A program made the position numbers and the translations under genes. The notes below the pieces were generated by a model. The model had not been told where the DNA came from. It ran no database searches and saw only the letters and a list, made by a program, of their open reading frames with translations. Source: Paramoeba atlantica (taxonomy: Eukaryota > Protista > Discosea). Taken from it: a stretch of DNA of 64,000 nt. This document shows positions 31,689 to 45,293 of the stretch, one piece after another (within the stretch, counting starts at the first letter, position 1; each line of letters starts with the position of its first letter). The DNA lies in assembly GCA_977017575.1 (NCBI GenBank), contig CDRNVI010000184.1, positions 62,001-126,000 on the forward strand, read 5' to 3'.

Positions 31689-34600
31689 TTAGAGCATTCT
31701 CAAGAGCAGTTTGGGCCGAAAACAAAACATGGGGGTTGTCACCATGTTTCCTTGGAATTTCCTTACAAAATTCCCTAGGGGAATGGAGAAAGTCCAATCA
31801 TGGGTGAGAGGGGAATTGATCCAGTTCCACAGGGTTGAATTCAAAATAATCCACTCTTCACTGGTTTCTGCAACATGTTGTGATCTTGGATCCCAATGAT
31901 GGTCATTCACAGCACATGTTCCATCCTCTTTGGACCAACTTGCAGCAGTTGCAATTGCATCAGCTCACTTGTTAAGTTCTCAGGGTACATGGATGAATTC
32001 TATCTCATCAAAGCACATTGCTAACTTATGGATTTCACAAAGTAGTTTGTTCAAGGCATAGTTTTTGATGGTATGGGTTTTGGGTGCAGCCTTGATGAGA
32101 ATCATACAATCCCCAACAACTTCAATCTCATTCATCATTGATCTGGCACATTGCATTCCTTTCAGACAGCCTGTAAATTCACCAATATTGTTGGACCCAA
32201 GAGGGATGGTTTCAAACCCACCACATATCTTTTTCCCTTCCCTGAAAACTGCAAAGCCCACACCCCCCAGATGAGGGTCTGTACAACTTGAACTGTCATA
32301 AAACACTTGAAAGCCTTTAAATTTAAAACTTTCCTTCTCTTTGGTTCCTTTCTTTGTTTGAGTTCTTGGGGGTCGAGGGAGGATTTTATTCTTTCTCAGG
32401 ATTTTTTCGAAAATTTCAATAGCATACTGGGGTGATTTCGATCCTTTCACACACACTGTGAGCCACAAACTCAACAGGGCAACACTCACCACAGAGGTTT
32501 CTTGTCTGGTGAGAAAATTTGAGATAAGGCCACACACATTCTTAGTTTCTTGCCAGCTGGGTACATTCAACAAAATACATTTCCTTCCCATTGCTTGGAG
32601 GAGGCCCTCAGCCACAGAACATTCCTCCAAAAGATGAATATGTGACTCCTTTTCTCAGTGGCAGAGTCAGCAACTTGAGTTTTGGTTTGTGAAGTGAGCC
32701 AACTTGTCTCTTGTAGGCAGCCCTCTTATTAGGAACTTAATCAAATTCCTCTTAAGTTGGGGTTTAATTGCATGTGTCAAGTTGTACACCACACACTCAG
32801 CTCTTCCTTCACCCACATACAGATCCTTGATTTCAATGGGGATCACTTGAGACATATTGGAATAAGCAACTCGAGTGGTCTGACCAAACACAACTTTGGC
32901 AGAAAGGCTTTGGGCTGCAAAAAGGGCATCCTTTCGCATGGCTCCAATGGAAAGAGGACTCTGATAATCACTCCTCATTGGTGGACAAGAAGTGAGGAGG
33001 GCTCAGTTAAAAACAATTGAATGGCACAGTTGGGGGTTTGAGTCCAAGGAAGGATAGCATAAGGTAAGAATGGAGGTTTTTGTGTTGGCATAGGCACCCA
33101 GAGCTGAGTGGATGGATTTCCACATCAAGGAGGCAACAGATTTTGGAATCAGTTTGAATCTCACTAAATATCCCATGCATGGAGTTAGATAGGTATTGAC
33201 CATCCTTATTCTTGAGCGAAAATTGCCACCCCTTTTTTTGATTGCTGCTCCAACTTTCTTCATCTTTAAGATCACTTTCTCCCAATCCTTAAGAGGAAAT
33301 AACCATTTACTCAACCTCACTCCCAGATATACAGTTTCATCACCACAGTAATTGGATCTTGCCATCTCAGCCCAGGGGCCTACAGGTTTGAAAGACTCAG
33401 TTGAGAGGACAAAGCACTTATTAAAGTTCAGTTTAGCTCCAGTTGCTTCTTCATATTTCTTGAAGGTTGGAGTGAGAGAATTGATGGTTTCAGCTTTTTG
33501 AATCACCATCCCCAAGTCATCCATAAAGCCTGATAGGTTTTGGGGGTTGTATTCCTTCTTCAAGCTCACCAGGAGGATGTCAAACACAATTACAAACAAA
33601 AGGGGGGAGATCAGGCATCCTTTTTTTTTTTTTTTGAGGCAGACTTTATTCAATTAGTAGTTCTTAATCTAAGCCATTTGAATTACATTAAATTATGTTT
33701 GTTTTTAACCTCTAACGAGAGGTGAAGTTTTAAACTTCAGCTTAGTTCAGTTGGTCTTTATGCTGAACTTTAGAACTTCTGCAAGTTCAGGCTGGAGGAT
33801 GCACATCAGAAGGGAGAATAATCCAAAGCTCCTTCCAAGGGAATTTATCCTCAACTTTTTAGCAGACAGGGCTGAGATGTAACCTGTTCTGATTTTCACA
33901 CTTCTTCAAGAGCTCCTCACTTCAATCAAATCACTCTACAGCACCAGAAAAATTTTCTATAATATCAAAAAACTGGGATTTGAACTTGCCCCTCCAGGGT
34001 TGGACATAGTCGAATTTACAACTAAACTATGGGCACCAACCCTTGAGATCAGGCATCCTTGTCTAACATCAGTTTGACTTTGGATTGATTCATTGTTGCC
34101 TCCCCTCTTGGATCCACCAATATTCAGCAGCCAGGTTACAGATTCTCAAAGCACCTTCTCAACAATATAGATCGCTTGAGGGGGGTGTTCAAACCTTTGA
34201 GAATATGAAGAAGTGCATCACGATTCACATAATCATATGTCTTGCAAAAGTCTGTTTGGAGGAGGGTTACATCTTTCCCTTCTGCCAGAGCTTTGTAAAA
34301 AGAGTCATACACTGATTCCACTGCTTCATCAATTGACCTCCCCTTAAACATCACATGCTGTTCTTTAGAAATTACTCCACTTGCAATCTCCATCAGCCAT
34401 TTTGCCCAATATCTCATCACAATCTGATAATCTGAATTGGTAACACTGATTGGTCAAAATTGGTCAGGATGGGGGATATTCTCGACTTTGGGAATCAAAC
34501 AGAGTTGGCTCTCACCAAAAGAGGGGGGGAACTCCATAATCTCACCCACTTGTTGAATTAATTCCACTGCACATGTTAAAATACTTTTCTTGTGTTGCCT

Positions 34601-36201
34601 GATATAAAGAGAAAGAGATACCATTGGGTCCTGCACTGGTGTTATTGGTTCTTTGAAGAAGTTTATCAACTTTCTTCCTATCAACATCATGTCTCTCAAC
34701 TGGGGGAAAGTGAGGATGATGGTTAGCAATCAGTTCGTTGAGAGAATCCTTGTTATATGGTCTTTCTGTACTGAGAAGGCTCTCCCAAAAGTCCTTAATT
34801 GCTTTTTTAACCACATTATCATCACAAGAGATCACTCCATCTACAATTACACCTTTAACACAGGGAGAAGATTTATAACCAGGGCATGAGGGGTGTTCAT
34901 CCACAAAAATTCCGAGTTGTTGTTCAAGAACTGCAGTTCAATCTATCCCAGCTTTGATCATTCTAGGAATAGCTTTGATTCTCCATTTCTTGTCATCTCG
35001 AGAGCCATTCCATCCTATCGCAGCTGTATGAAGGAGTTTGAGTTCCAACAAAGAGAAAGAGTGTATGGCTGAAGTTTTCCTTAAAATCCTGGTCTTTGCA
35101 AGGTGTTTGATGATTGTCTGGAGTTTCCATAGTTCTTTGAAAAGGTGAGCTTTTTTCCCTTTGTCTTTCCACAGAGGAACTAATTCCCATGCCTTCTCCT
35201 TGAGTTTAATAAGACAACTGACAGAATCACCTTCCACATAGTCCCCAACTTCATTAATAAGGGCATTAATAAATTTAGGATCTTTAATGAGGTATTCAGG
35301 AATTCTCTTCTTGTTAGATTTCAACTCCCATTCTTTGATACTAGTTCCACCTATGATCATCACATGGTCCTTAAAGCTTGAAGGGATCACATTAACAAAA
35401 ATCCTTTTGCTAGGAGCATTCAAGGGAATAAAAACATGATCAATACATTGTCCTTGGAAATGGGTTGGTTCTGACCACCCCAGTCTTGATAGATTCCAAG
35501 ATTCAGAGGATTCTGCGAGCTCTTTAAAAGGGGGTTCATTAAGATCCCAGTTGAAGTCACCTTCCAGAATGTTCAGTCCATCTTTGGAGAAGAACTTTTC
35601 GATTTGGTCTTGCATAAAGGGAAGTTTCAGATTGCAATGATGGTAGACATTCATCACAGCATATTCAGTATTGAAAATCTTGATTCTTAGTCCAAACAAA
35701 CCACTCTTAGAGCTTTCAATTGGGTATGGTTCTATATCATGAAGGCCTTCCATTCTTCTAACTCTAATGGCAAGGCCCCACTTCCGTTCCGAGAAGGGGT
35801 CTTTGAACCACAAATATTTCCTCAAACAATTCTTGAGATGATCAAAATCTTTTTCAGATGTGGCATGGGTTTCTTGAAGCAAAATAAACAGAGGATGGCA
35901 ACTTGCAGCCATTCTATGGCAAAGGTTGAGTTTTTCATCATTATGAACACCATTGATGTTTCATGATAAAATCCTCATGTTTGGGAATTTGTTATACTGA
36001 TACAGGTTTGGAAGTGGTGGTGCAGGGAAGGGAGGAAGGAAGGAAAGAAGATGAAGAGAGTTGGAACACCAAGACAGGTGCTTGAGGGGTTGGGGAGGTA
36101 AGGTTTGTTTTTTAATGAAGATCAATAACAGAAGAGTCAGAGGAAGCCTTCAGTGGTGGAAAGAAAGATTTTAAATTATTGTTGTTTTTCTTTCCTTTCA
36201 T
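31689..36201 (-). pseudogene. LINE-A copy 2 ORF2
   Basis: Fragments 34938-35912, 33003-33653 and 31980-32630 match ORF 10042-13737. Confidence 0.92.
33623..34044 (-). mobile_element. SINE2 nested in the RT of LINE-A copy 2
   Basis: Perfect 16-bp TSD gagatcaggcatcctt (33607-33622 / 34045-34060). Confidence 0.95.
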
Positions 36202-36209
36202 TCTTTCCT

Positions 36210-38241
36210 TTATGAGGGGGGAAGAAGAGGAGGATAAAACATTGCTTGACTCAGGGAATCGAGCACTATCCATCATCAACATTGTCTCACCTCATTCTAT
36301 TTGATGCAAATCTCCAAGAACCGTGAAACCATTTGAGGTAGGGATCTCTGAAAAAGGATAAATCACTTTTTTCTTCCTGGGGACACCAGTGGGGACACTC
36401 TTATTATGGTCATTTTCCTTTGTTTTTTCCTCTTCATCTTTCTCTTCTTCTATCTCCTCTTTCCCTTTCTTCTCTTCCCTACTTTTCTTTTTCTTCTTCT
36501 TCACTGGCTTCTTGGTTACAGGTAATGGTTTGGTTCCAGTAGAAGTTGGTTTCTTCTCCTCAACTGTCTCTTCCGACACTACCTTCTTCCTCAGTCTGGA
36601 TTTTGGCTTTAATTTCAGTTCCTCAACCACCCTATCAATAATGTAGCCAAGGAAGTCTGCATCAAAACTCGATTCCCATTTAAGCTGTCCTTTTTCCAAC
36701 TCACTCTTCAACTTCCCAAGGCTATCTTCAGTCCTCTCCCACTCACACTGGAAATTCACCCCATTTAATATTTTCCAAGCCCCTTCAGTGTTGTGGATAG
36801 TCATCGACCATTTGCTCCCAGAAATTGGATCAGATGAGAATCAAGGTCTGTTCATATCTGGGGAAATTTTGTCCTCATCCTCAATTAAAATAACCCCTCT
36901 CTTAGCATCAGTTTCAGCAACAATGTCTTCAAGGAAATCCATCATATCTTTTTGAGGGATTGTTGGGGTTTCTAACATACTGCTCAAGTGAGATGATGTG
37001 GCCAGAGTTTGAGAGGGCAATTCCTTATGAAGCTTAGTAGTTTTGAGCAAAGATTTGGGTTGGTTACTTCTTGAAGGGGCTGATTTTTCCTTGGAGGAAC
37101 CTTCTCGAAGAGTGGTTTCCCTCATGTTTGTGCTTTGATCAACCTCCATTGGGGTTGTAGATGAGAGACGAGGGTCAGCAGACTTCATTGAGGGTAGTGT
37201 CCTCTAATTGGGATTTGGTAATATTGGAAATTGGGACAGAGAGAGATTCGTACCTTAGTTCCCTTGATTTGTTGAGGACTCTGTAGGAATAATAAATCTT
37301 TTATGTGACTGTTCCCTCAATTTCGTAATTGTCACAGGAAAGAAAGGAAATTTCCTCTGAGAGTCTATCTCATTATTTAACTTTTTGATGATTCCTCCCT
37401 CTCCCTCCTTGTCCACAATCTCCTTCGCACATTTTAAATGTCTTGAGTGTGAAATCTCACACATTTAACAATTTACTTTCTTGTGAAAGAGACTCATAGG
37501 GGTTCACAGAGAGATCTTACCTTGGAACTCATTGTTAATAATAAAAGAACCTCTGTGCTTGGCAATAATACATGTTAGAATAAGAGGGATTACATCATAG
37601 AAGATGACAATACAATCATCACTGATCTGAGCCACCTCTCTTAATCCATGGCGAGGAAGAGCAGATTCACCAATAAACAATCTTTGGATCCACTCTTTCC
37701 CTTTGATTAAAAAGGGGATACAGAGTTTAAAGCCCCATAAATTCCAATTCTGGTTGTTCTTCCAGACAAAGGGCTTCCCAAAACCAGTTGCGAGGAAGGA
37801 ACCATTTTCTAGAATGACTTTCTCCAGAGGTTCGCGTGTTTCTTCATCAAAGGTGGCCATATTGAGGTGGTCTTTCATAACATGCAAGAGGAAGTTCCCT
37901 CTCAGCTTAGGGACTTTGTTGAGTGTGGCCATCACTCTCTGATAGTTTGGCATTTCTTCATAGAAACAAAAGGAACCCATTACAAAGATGGGGCGAATTA
38001 TTGCATTGTTCTTCACAGGGTTAACCTCAGTTCCAATATGGGACAAGGTCTTTGGTATTTCTTTCTCGACTTGCAACCACCATCCTTCCTCAGGTGCTCT
38101 CTTCAAGGTCAATTTGATTGGAATTTCTTCAGAATTCCCACTTGGATTTACGTTTTTTTGTTCGTTCTTCGAATACAAAGGGGAGTAGGACCCATTCTGG
38201 GAGCCCTTAGGGGAAGAGGATGTACCCTTTCCACTGAACAT
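36210..38241 (-). pseudogene. LINE-A copy 2 ORF1
   Basis: Fragments 37504-38265, 36841-37188 and 36292-36804 match ORF 7901-9739. Confidence 0.9.
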
Positions 38242-38342
38242 AACAGATTTCTCTGAAGTGCTCAACTAGGTGGGGTTTCACCAACATGGCAGGTGAAGGA
38301 AAGAAAATCAGATTGGGCAAGGAAAGTTTCCTTGAACCAACC

Positions 38343-38395
<53 letters not shown>

Positions 38396-41300
38396 ATGCA
38401 GCTACGTCCCATCTTCTCAAGATAACTTTTTGTACAAATACAAGTTTCAAGGAGGTGGGTTCAAAATTCTTTTCCTTTCTTATATAATCAACAGATAGGA
38501 GGTTCCAAGGTAAAATGAGAGATCTTATCCATTGTAGGAAGATTATGAATCAAGAATTTGGTAAGATTTCATTGGAGTTGAGGTTTAAGAGTATGAGCTA
38601 AGTTGTAGACAATGCATTTGATCTTTCCACCCTCTTGGTAGATATTTTCAAGCACAATAGGTACTTGATGAGAAAGAGAACTATAGTTTGTTTTGGTTGG
38701 ATCTCCTAGAATCACTTCTTTAGAGATTTTTGAGGCAACAAAATAAGCATCAAGTCTCATAGCTCCAATAGTCAAGGGATTCTTGTATTCACAACTTAAA
38801 GGTTTATGAGAAATAAGAAGAGCTCAATTGAAAAGAATGAAGTGGCGAACCTGACATTTACTACCCATAAGAGGATGGCAAGCAGTCAAAATGATGGTTT
38901 TTAAATTGGCATATGCTCCCAAGGCAGCTCAAATGAGTTTCCATACTATCACAGATATAAATTGGAGGATAAGCTTAAAGCAAGCTAAGTAGCCCATACA
39001 GGGAATTAAGTAGGTGTTAATTATCCTTACTTTCACTGCAAAAGGTCTTCCTTGATTTTTAATGGTTTTACTTACTCCTCACATCTTTTCACATACTTTA
39101 AGCCAATCCTTCTTTGATTCCATTTTACGGCTTATTCGCACACCCAAATACATTGTCTCATCACTTCTAAAGTTGGTTTTGGTCATTGCAGACCAAGGGC
39201 CAAAAGGTTTGTACATTTGGGTTGTCAAAACAAAGCACTTTGAGTAATTCAAGAGAGCACCAGTTGTTCTCTCATACTTCTGGAAAGTGGGGGTCAAGAG
39301 GTTAATGGTATCAGCTTTTTTCAAGAGTAGTCCAAGGTTATCCATGAAGCCAGAAAGCTTCTTGAGAGGGTGGTTCTTGTTGAGGCTCACCAGCAATAAA
39401 TCAAAAACAATTAGGAAGAGAAGGGGAGAGATTGGACAGCCTTGTCAAACTCCAGTTCTACTGGTAATAGAGTCTGCAGGAGAGGAGCCAGGTTTTCCTC
39501 CAATTGAGGGTAACCAAGTTTTGGAGGGGTGGAGTACTTTCTCAATTACAAAAATGGCTTGGGGAGGGGCCTTCAACCTCTTCAAAATGTGAATCAGAGC
39601 ATCACGGTTTACATAATCATAAGCCTTGCAAAAGTCAGTTTGTAGAAGAGTAATATCTTGTCCATCAGCCAAAGCTTCATAGAAGGCATTATAAATAGTT
39701 TCCACAACTGCATCAATTGATTTCCTCTTGAACATTGCATGTTGAGTATCAGAGATTACTCCACTTGCAATTTCAGAAAACCAAAGAGCCTAATATTGCA
39801 TTACAATTTGATAATCAGAGTTTGTTACACTTATAGGTCTGAACTGGTCAGGGTGAGGAATGTTCTCAATCTTGGGAATCAAACACAATTGACTCTCTCT
39901 AAAGGAGTCAGGGAATTTCATACTTTCTCCTGCTTGTTGGATCAGTTCAACCCACATCTCTTGATATTTCTTATAAGTTTTCTGATAGAGGGAGAAGGAA
40001 ATTCCATCAGGGCCTGCACTGATATTGTTGGCTTGAAGGAGTAGCTTCTCAACTTTCAGAAGGTCTATTGTATGATTTTCAGAGTCTGGGAAGCAGAAGG
40101 GGTGGTTGTCAAGAAGTTCATCAAAGGCTTTGAGATTATAAGGACGTTCAGTTCTCAAGAGATCACCCCAAAAGCCTTTAATAGCTTCTCTCACAGTAGA
40201 TGAGTCATGAGACAAAATGCCATCAACAATCACTTCTTTCACCTTGGGGGAGGACTTCTTGTTAGGATGAGCTGGGTGGTTGTCAAGGAAGACTCCAAGT
40301 TGTTGTTCAAGGCTTGATATCCAAGAGAGACCAACTTTAATCATCTGAGGTATAATTTTTAATCTCCATTTCCACCCTTTCAGAGGGTTATCCCAATTCT
40401 CAGCAGCTGCTTCTCTCAGTTCAGCTTCTAGGGAGGTGAAGGGGTGGGCTGGGCTATCCTTTCTAAGGATTCAGGTTGTTCTCAGCTTCTTAACTAAAGT
40501 CTGCAGTTTCCAAAGTTTCTTGAAGAGATGAGCTTCCTTGTGCTTGTCCTTCCACAGAGCAGTCAATCTCCAGGCTTCAGATTTCATTTTATCAAGACAG
40601 ATCACAGGGTCACCCACAGAGTAGTTTCCAACAGCTTCAGAGAGAGCAGAGATAAATTTGGGGTTATTAATTAGATATTCAGGAATCCTCTTCTTCTGTG
40701 AGTTGATTTTCCACTCTTTTACACTGGCTCCTCCAATCATTACAGCATGATCTTTGAATCCAAATGGGATTGCATTCACAAACAAATGGTCTTCAGGAGC
40801 CTCAGAGGGAAGGAAGATGTGGTCAATGCATCAGCCCTGAAAATGGGTAGGTTCTGACCAGTTGAGGCGAGACAGATTCAAATCAGAGAGGTGTTCAATT
40901 AATTTCTGGCAATTGGTTTTGTTCAAGTCCCAATTGAAATCCTCAGCCAGAATATTTTTGCTCTGGGGGGAGGGCTGAGAATTCCTGATTTTGGATGAAC
41001 ACTTTTAAACCAAACAATCCACCTTCATTTTGCTCAAAACAGAAAGGAGAGGGATCTCTCAATTCTTCCACACATCTAATTCCAATTGCAAGGCCATGTT
41101 TCCTCTTGGAGAAGGAGTTATGAAACCAAATGTACTTCCTCAAGTGGTTCTTAAGATGATCAAGATCATTTTCAGATGTTGCATGGGTTTCCTGGAGGAA
41201 GATGAATAGGGGCCAGGAGCTAGCTGCCATTCTCTTGCAGATTTCAAGTTTTTCTTCATTTTGCAGCCCATTTATATTCCAGGAGAGAACTCTCAAGTTG

Positions 41301-41544
41301 GGGAACTGAGAAAAATGCTGAATTTGGGGTAAATCAGGGGGATTGGGTTCCAGAGCAGGGATTTGAGAATCACAGGGAAGGGGGAGTTGAGGGGGGTGGG
41401 GGAAGTGGGGAGTTGAGAGATTAATTGGGATTTGTTGACAATCATCAAAGGAGAGGGTTGAAGTTGGACATCAGATCTCAGGGGGGGGAGTTGAAGGAGT
41501 ATTCTTTTTTTCTTTTTTTTTTCTTTTGTTCACCATCTTTTGCT

Positions 41545-43634
41545 CTATCTTCTGGTATTTTTTTTCCTTTTTTTAATTAACTTCTGACTTAGAACTTTTT
41601 TTTGACTTTTTTTTCTTTTTTTTCTGTTTTTTCTTTTTTTTTTTTTTTCTTTTTTCTTTAAACTTTTCTTCTTTTTCCTTTTAAACAATAGAGAGGCTTC
41701 CCTGAGGGTCATTTGGGGACAATTTTGGGCTTCCATCAAGGCCAGCATCCCAAGAACAAGAGGGAAAGAGGAAATCAGCAATTTTTTGGTCATTGCCAGA
41801 ATGAGAACTGAATGAAAAAGTTGAAAATTCATGTTCATCTAAATTACTAAAAGAGGTAGTGTTTTTCTGGTTTTGCGAGCTGGTGATGTTCTTTTTCTGG
41901 GTCACTATTTTGGCTTGTGATCCAAGAACTCCATCAAAGACACCTTTGGAAGGGGGGACACTCTGAACACCAGTGGAGGAAGAAGGGGGAGGGACACCAA
42001 TAGAGGAAGAAGGGGGAGGGATACCAGTGGAGGAAGAAGGGAAAGGGACACCTCTAGAGTTTTGCACCCCATCACTTTTTTCTTTCCCCATGAGAATGGT
42101 TTTGGAAATTGCATTTGATTTTTTGGTCTTCACCATTTTGTCTGTGTTGTCTTTCAATTTCTTTTTGCTTTGCCTCACTTTCTTCTTATCTTTCTCAATT
42201 ATTTTCCATTTTTTCAACTGATAATTGTCTCAGTCTTTTCCTGAATTTGGCCATGTTTGAAACAATAAATTTAACTGTTTCAATCAAAACTTGTCAAAGT
42301 TTTTCATTCAGTAATTTATATTTCCCATTTTCGAGGTTTGTAACCATTTTTTTAAGTTCTTTCGATTCCTGCTTCCACCCAAATTTGGTTGGGAGATCCC
42401 CCAGCCATGCCCAGGCTTCCTCACTCATACCAAAACTCATTTCTTCAATCTTTCCTCCTTCCAAGGGGACTTTCACTGTGACTGACCCATCCTTCTTCCC
42501 CTCTTCCTCACTTTCTTTCTCACTGTCAGCCTCTCTCCCTCTGATCATAATTATATCTCTGTCTCCATCTTCTTCCCTTTTTTCCTGTTCATTCACTTCC
42601 CTCTTTCCTTGTTCGTTCTTACCTTCCATTTCAGAGCCATTGCTCATTCCTTCCTCCTCACTCTCTGTTCCAGCAATTTCATCTTTTTCCTTGAGGACCC
42701 GTTCTTCAGTTGGCATTTCTTTTTCATAAATAAATTTCATTCCTTCATACTTCTTTGTGTTTGTGATCATGATTTGGTCTTTCTCAAGACTAGGGCTTTA
42801 TTGCTCATCTTTGAAAAGCTTGCTAATAGCATCTTCTCCTTGTTTCCGGATGATCTCTACTGTGCAAGTAAGGCTTGCAGGATGGTTCACCCCACATAGG
42901 GGGTACTCAACAAGGAGGTGGTATGGTTTGGTAGGCATTCAAATGGAACACTTGGCTTTAATCAAGGTGTTGATTTGGATGAATCCTTTGGTCTTGGCAA
43001 TAAGGTGGACTAGAGAGAGGAGGATGGACTTATAGAAGATGATGATGCAGTCATCAGAGACTTGTACCATTTCTTTAAAATTGAGAGAGGGAAGGTGGTC
43101 CTCTCTATTAAATAAATTGTAAATCCACTCATTCTCTGAGACTTGGTAAGGGAGTTTGATCTTGATCCCCCACAAATGGGCATTATGATTGATTCTCCAA
43201 ATACAAGAACTCTCAAGTTGGTTGATGATCAGGTTTCCTTTCTCTTCAATAATAGATTGAATCATGAAGACATCCTCCTCTTTGTGGGCAAGGATAGCAT
43301 AGTGTTTGGCCCTTGCCTCCACTCTAATACTTCCCTTGAGGTTGGTTTGGCTTTCAATAGCTTTCAGGAAGTTGGGGAAGATAGAGATCTCATTGGAGAA
43401 GGCAAAAGTTCCTACTAGGAAGAGGGGGCATACTTTGGCTCCTTTGATGAGAGACAGGTTGAGTTTGGTAGCAAGGCAAGTGGACAGGGAGGCATTCTTA
43501 ATATCAATCATCTCCCAAAGCTTGGCAATTGTTTGGTTCATACCTGGGACTGCTTTTTTCAGAAATAATGGTGCTGAATTAGCATTTCCTCCAGCAACTC
43601 TGCTGAAGGACAGGTTAAAGCTTTTGGAGGACAT
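41545..43634 (-). pseudogene. LINE-B ORF1
   Basis: MSSKSFNLSFSRVA...; aligns to LINE-A ORF1 (LWGIKIKLP vs LWGFKLRIP; VSDDCIIIFY vs ISNDCIVIFY); contains 27-bp GVPPPSSST repeats near 41970-42055. Confidence 0.88.
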
Positions 43635-43772
43635 AATTGGATAGAGTAAGTTGAGAGCTATCAGCAGATATGCTCAGCTCCCTGTGGGGTGGTCTTCTAC
43701 CACAGCAAATTTGAGAAAGGGAAGATAACAGCAAAAAAGAACCCTCAAATGATTCCTAAGGGTTTTTTTTTT

Positions 43773-44752
43773 AAGTCTACTATATGATTTTCAGAGTCTT
43801 TATATCAATCATCTCCCAAAGCTTAGCAATTGTTTGGTTCATATGTTGGAGTGAGACCTGCTTCCAACACAGAAGTTGTGCCTTTCAGTGCCTTTTCAGT
43901 GTCTTTAGAACCTTCCCTGAGCTTCCCCAGGCTTCCTTGAGCCTCCTTGAGCCTTCCCTGAGCTTCCTTAATGCCTTTTATCATGAGTTTTAGTCCTTTC
44001 AGAGAGCTCTGAGCCTCACAGACAGCCATGTGCCATTTTATTATAATTTTAGCTAAAATCATAAGATTTTTTGTGCTCTTTTTATTCAATTTTCATGTTT
44101 GTGTTTTGCCCCCTTTTTCTTGCTGCTTTGCTGCTTTCTGCCTTCTTTCTGCTTTCTTGTCACTTTCTCTCTTTCTTTCTGCTTTCCTTTGTGATTTTTT
44201 GGCTTGCTTTGCTTGCTTTCTGTTTTCTTCTTTTGTTGTTATCATATTTTGTTGCTTTCTTCCTTCTTTGGTTGCTGTGTTGACTTGGGATTCTGATTTA
44301 AGTTGAGTTTCAGCAATTCTGTGCTTTTCTCAGTTGTGATTCCTTTTGTTGTTCTTCTTTTTGCTTTTCTGTTTCTTTGTTGTTGTTTTCTTGTTCTATT
44401 AGTGTTGGCTGGGGATCCTTCTTATAAAGGTTTTAATTCAAAGTTTCTGTTTCTCTTTCTTTTCTCTTGTTTTCTCTGTTGATTCTGCTTCCCTCCTCAC
44501 ATCTATCCTCACACATACCTGGAACTGTTTTTTTCAGGAATAATGGTGTTGAATTAGTGTTTCCTCCAGCAACTCTGCTGAAGGACAAGTTAGAGCTTTT
44601 GGAGGACATAATTGGATGGAGTAAGTTGAGAGCTATCAGCAGATATGCTCAACTTCCTGTGGGGTGGTTTTCTACCACAGCAAACTTGAGAAAGGGAAGA
44701 TAATAGCAAAAAAGAACCCTCAGATAACTTCTAAGGGTTTTTTTTTTTTTTT
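43773..44752 (-). mobile_element. LINE-B 5' fragment (A15 leader, UTR, ORF1 start) interrupted by a solo LTR
   Basis: T15 at 44738-44752 next to ctaaggg; ORF1 sequence resumes across the solo LTR; a 28-bp ORF2 shard lies at 43773-43800. Confidence 0.85.
43844..44513 (+). mobile_element. Solo LTR (670 bp) of the Gypsy-1 family
   Basis: TG...CA termini, 4-bp TSD cata (43840-43843 / 44514-44517), matches 21427-22212. Confidence 0.92.
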
Positions 44753-45293
44753 AGTTTCCTTTCTCTTCAATAATAGATTGGATCATAAAACTATCTTCCT
44801 CCTTGTGGGCAAGGATGGCATAGTGTTTGGTTCTTGTCTCCACTCTAATACTTCTCTTGAGGTTGGTTTGACTTTCAATAGCTCTCAGGAAGTTGGGGAA
44901 GGTAGGAATCTCATTGAGGAAGGCAAAAGCTTCTACTGGGGAGAGGGGGCATACTCTGGCTCCTTTAATGAGAGACAAGTTGAGTTTGGTAGCAAGGTGA
45001 GTGGAAAGGGAGGCATTCTTAATATCAATCATCTCCCAAAGCTTAGCAATCATTTGGTTCATATCTGAGACTGCTTTTTTCAAAAATAGTAGTATTGAAT
45101 TAGCATTTCCTCTAGCAACTCTGTTGAAAAACAAGTTAAAGCTTTTGGAAGATATAATTGGATAGAGTAAGTTGAGGACTATCAGCAGATATGCTCAGCT
45201 CCCTGTGGGGTGGTCTTCTACCACAGCAAACTTGAAAAAGAGAAGATATCAGCAAAAAAGAACCCTCAGATGATTTCTAAGGGTTTTTTTTTT
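44753..45293 (-). mobile_element. LINE-B 5' segment (A10 leader to ..QSIIEEKGN), inverted relative to the downstream LINE-B body
   Basis: ORF 44751-45134 matches the ORF1 N-terminus; T10 at 45284-45293. Confidence 0.85.

Larger units (their letters stand above)
31331..38393 (-). mobile_element. LINE-A copy 2, full length, CpG-decayed
   Basis: 15-bp TSD tgatgcag(t/c)tac(a/g)tc (31316-31330 / 38394-38408); 5' A47 at 38346-38392; end-to-end match to copy 1. Confidence 0.95.
30123..41536 (-). pseudogene. LINE-B ORF2 (APE-RT-CCHC-RNase H), interrupted
   Basis: ATG at 41536; RNH QVFYDGS..TNNVGEF..VGDCMIL..LNKHADAIA; RT GFMDNL; small deletion in the endonuclease near 40965. Confidence 0.9.
29657..43772 (-). 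mobile_element. LINE-B full-length copy (~6.6 kb net) carrying a nested SINE2 and a nested LINE-A
   Basis: A-tail at 29657-29665; RNH 30123-30700; RT/EN 38409-41300; ORF1 41545-43634; 5' A10 at 43763-43772. Host sequence is continuous across both TSDs. Confidence 0.92.
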
